A DNA stretch of 55,208 nt, from positions 62,001 through 117,208 of the forward strand of contig MQRK01228686.1 of the NCBI GenBank assembly GCA_001938485.1, written 5' to 3'. The stretch comes from Girardia tigrina. Taxonomy: Eukaryota. Below the pieces are notes generated by a model that was not told the origin of the DNA, did not search any database, and saw only the letters and a list, made by a program, of their open reading frames with translations. Positions 52,594-55,208 of this stretch are shown piece by piece; the stretch's first letter is position 1, and each line of letters starts with the position of its first letter. Position numbers and translations under genes: made by a program.

Positions 52594-55175
52594 TGAATTT
52601 TTTTATTCAATAACAAATTTTTTTAACGCAGGAATTTATTAATTTTCAATTAAATTTACAAATTATTTCTTTCCGCGCTCAGACATATTTTTTTAATTCG
52701 AACAAACAAATTTTACAAAAAAAACTCTCTGTCCAAATCGCAGAGCTCGTGTCCCTCAAGTTGAGAGGTTGACGACTGACTGTTTCAACTACCCCCGCTG
52801 GGCGAATCGAACACTAAATGTTTATATTATTATTAATAAACAATTCTATAAATAATGAAACATTTTGTCACTTAATTTACGTATTAAATGAATTTTTATT
52901 TAAATCAATTTCAATTAATTTAATTTGTTAATTTAAATTTTATTAGACGTTTTTAGTTGAATTACATCGATAATATATCAATAAATTTTGTAAAATTCCT
53001 ATATACTCGGAATAAATAATTTGTAAAAAAAATTTAATAACATCTAGAAAATATTTTTAAATAAATACTTTAATTAATTAAAAATTAATCTATTGAAAAA
53101 AATTTTTTGATCTATTTTTAAAAAAAAATAAATTAATAATTAAATATTTTAATTACTGAAAGAATAAATAGAGACGATTTCGTAATACATTACGACAACG
53201 CGATCGTGTCGCGCAGATCCGCTTGCTCAACCAGTGCTCACTACAACAGCCCAATAAATTTCAAATATATTCTTATTTGTTAATTCAGTTTTTTTCGTTT
53301 TGTAAATTTGCATCAAAATTGTCATCCGAAGCTAATAAAAAACTCAAAGAACGTGCTTCTGGTGAACTCTATTAATTAAAGATCTTTCCCCGGCAATACT
53401 CAATGCAAAATAACAATACTGCGGAGGCTCAAATAGGAGTTATTAACTTTTGACATCTTAATGATGAGTCTCTTGATGATATTAAATGATGATACGGTCG
53501 TCTTGAGTTGACGGAGTTGCCGGGCTGTTCTCACGTATGGAAAACAGTGCATTGCAACCGCTCTCTTTCCACCAATCTGACCGAATCTAGCGCCCCAGAT
53601 CAAACGAAATAATAATGAAGTAATATAAGGATTGTATGACATTAATAATTTACGATAGGACTAAAAGTGGGCAAGTTAACTGTTTGAGTATTGCTCTGTT
53701 ATTAAAACAGCTCGATTAACTTTTCCGTTTACTAACTGTTTTATTTCTTTTGATGGTGCCGCTTCGGCGTTGAAAAAGAGACAAGAAAAGAGGTGTAACA
53801 ATGATATACAATATGGAAAAGGAATTATTCTATTAATAATAAACCTAATTCTTAATCAATTGACGTTTTCTTTTTGTCACTCTCGCGCCAATTATATTGT
53901 AAAAATAATTTTGTTTTATTAGTATAATCTTGACAATTTCAATGAGACTTTGTTTTTATTTGTTAATATTTCAGTTGATCTATTTAAGAAAATAATGTCT
54001 CTCTTTTCTTTCTTTCTTTCTTTCTCACTCTCTCTCGCACTCTCTCCCTCTTGCGTTCTTGGTTCGAAGAGGTCGGAGGGGGGTTGGGAAGATTTATAAA
54101 TAAGAAAATAATGTTTTCATCATTATTTATTTTTTTTGACAAAAAAAAACATTTATTCAACTTGTTGAACTGCAATTTAAATAAAAGAAAATTTAATTAA
54201 AAATTTAAACTTTAAATAATATATATAAATACAATTATTTACTTTTTTTCTAAGGAGAAAAAAAATACGACGATATATATTTAAAATATTTGGAAATAAA
54301 ATAATGACTCCAATTTTTATTGTTTTATTTCTAATTCTGATAGATTTATAGTTTTGTTTTTATTAATTATTTATTTAAATAAATATTGTAATGGTTATTA
54401 AAATTAAAATAATTAATATTATTATGTAATATTGTATAATAAATAGTATAATATATATATCTCTAAATTATGTATATTGTTTTGAGATAACAATATTATC
54501 ATCAGGTCAATCTACATCATTCAGTAAACTAATCGAAACCCGGTCGTCTTCTTTTTATCCCTAATATATAGATTTTACTTTCTATTGTTTATATTTTGAC
54601 AATAAAATTAATAATTTTGTGAAGGATTGGGAAAGAATGAAGAAATTCAATATAAAATGTATTTTGTCGGTGCGTGCTTGTCTTGTACAGTTCAAATGCG
54701 TTATTATGCTGAGTGTCATTAGTCTCAAACCTAGAACAGTTGAAAGACCCCGCTGTTCTCTCAGATTGCCATTTGGTCAGACATTTCAGTCGAATTGCAT
54801 CGATGAGATTTCGGATTGTTTTGGGTTTGATTTTAAGGCTAAAATTAAGTGGATTACATTGAGTGACAGACGTTTCATCTCAAAGATTAGTTTTTGGTTG
54901 GCTGTCAATTGTTATCATATGTCTCCATTACCTTTATTTAATGTTATGTTATTTTTTGTTATATTTATTAATTTTAAAAATACATAAATTTTGTTTAATA
55001 TAAATAAATCTTTTTAGTTTTTTAAGTTATTTAGATAAAATTATAATTCTGATAATCATATTTTTGATTTTGGCTTGGACTGTTTATCAATAACTTAATA
55101 TAACTTAACAAGTCGCGAATTGTAAAATAATAAATTTTTATATTTTTTTCTTTTTCTACTTTGTGAAAACAATTA

Positions 55176-55179
<4 letters not shown>

Positions 55180-55208
<29 letters not shown>
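55180..55208 (+). repeat. (TA)n microsatellite
   Basis: TA run at the window end. Confidence 0.95.

Noticed and set aside
54480-54510. Minus-strand CTGATGA with a nearby hairpin
   Set aside because: The hairpin overlaps the core and GAAA is missing.
54619-54987. 122-aa ORF as a gene; minus-strand similarity to the Grainyhead/CP2 C-terminus
   Set aside because: No convincing motif; the similarity is limited to a few residues.

Overview
Very AT-rich eukaryotic DNA, most likely an invertebrate animal (inference from the transposon spectrum and the Rab14, PSMB4 and hnRNP-A homologues). It has three long N gaps and a short N run. I found no intact host gene, rRNA, tRNA gene or CRISPR array. The window is mostly degraded and nested transposons: mariner/Tc1/IS630-like and pogo elements, hAT transposase remnants and hAT MITEs with 8-bp TSDs, piggyBac-type (TTAA) and Merlin-type MITEs, Penelope-like retroelements (RT + GIY-YIG), and a TSD-flanked SINE candidate. 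Two minimal hammerhead ribozymes sit in Penelope pseudo-LTRs. A five-copy Mutator-like terminal-repeat family is interleaved with short host-gene fragments: PSMB4, Rab14, an hnRNP A/B RRM, possibly eIF2A, and unidentified exon-like pieces with 34-41 nt candidate introns. The best novel-system candidate is a Pack-MULE-like gene-capture mosaic at about 27.1-29.7 kb, where a MULE SWIM-finger remnant is joined directly to a PSMB4 fragment. Protein identifications come from motif recall, not database searches.
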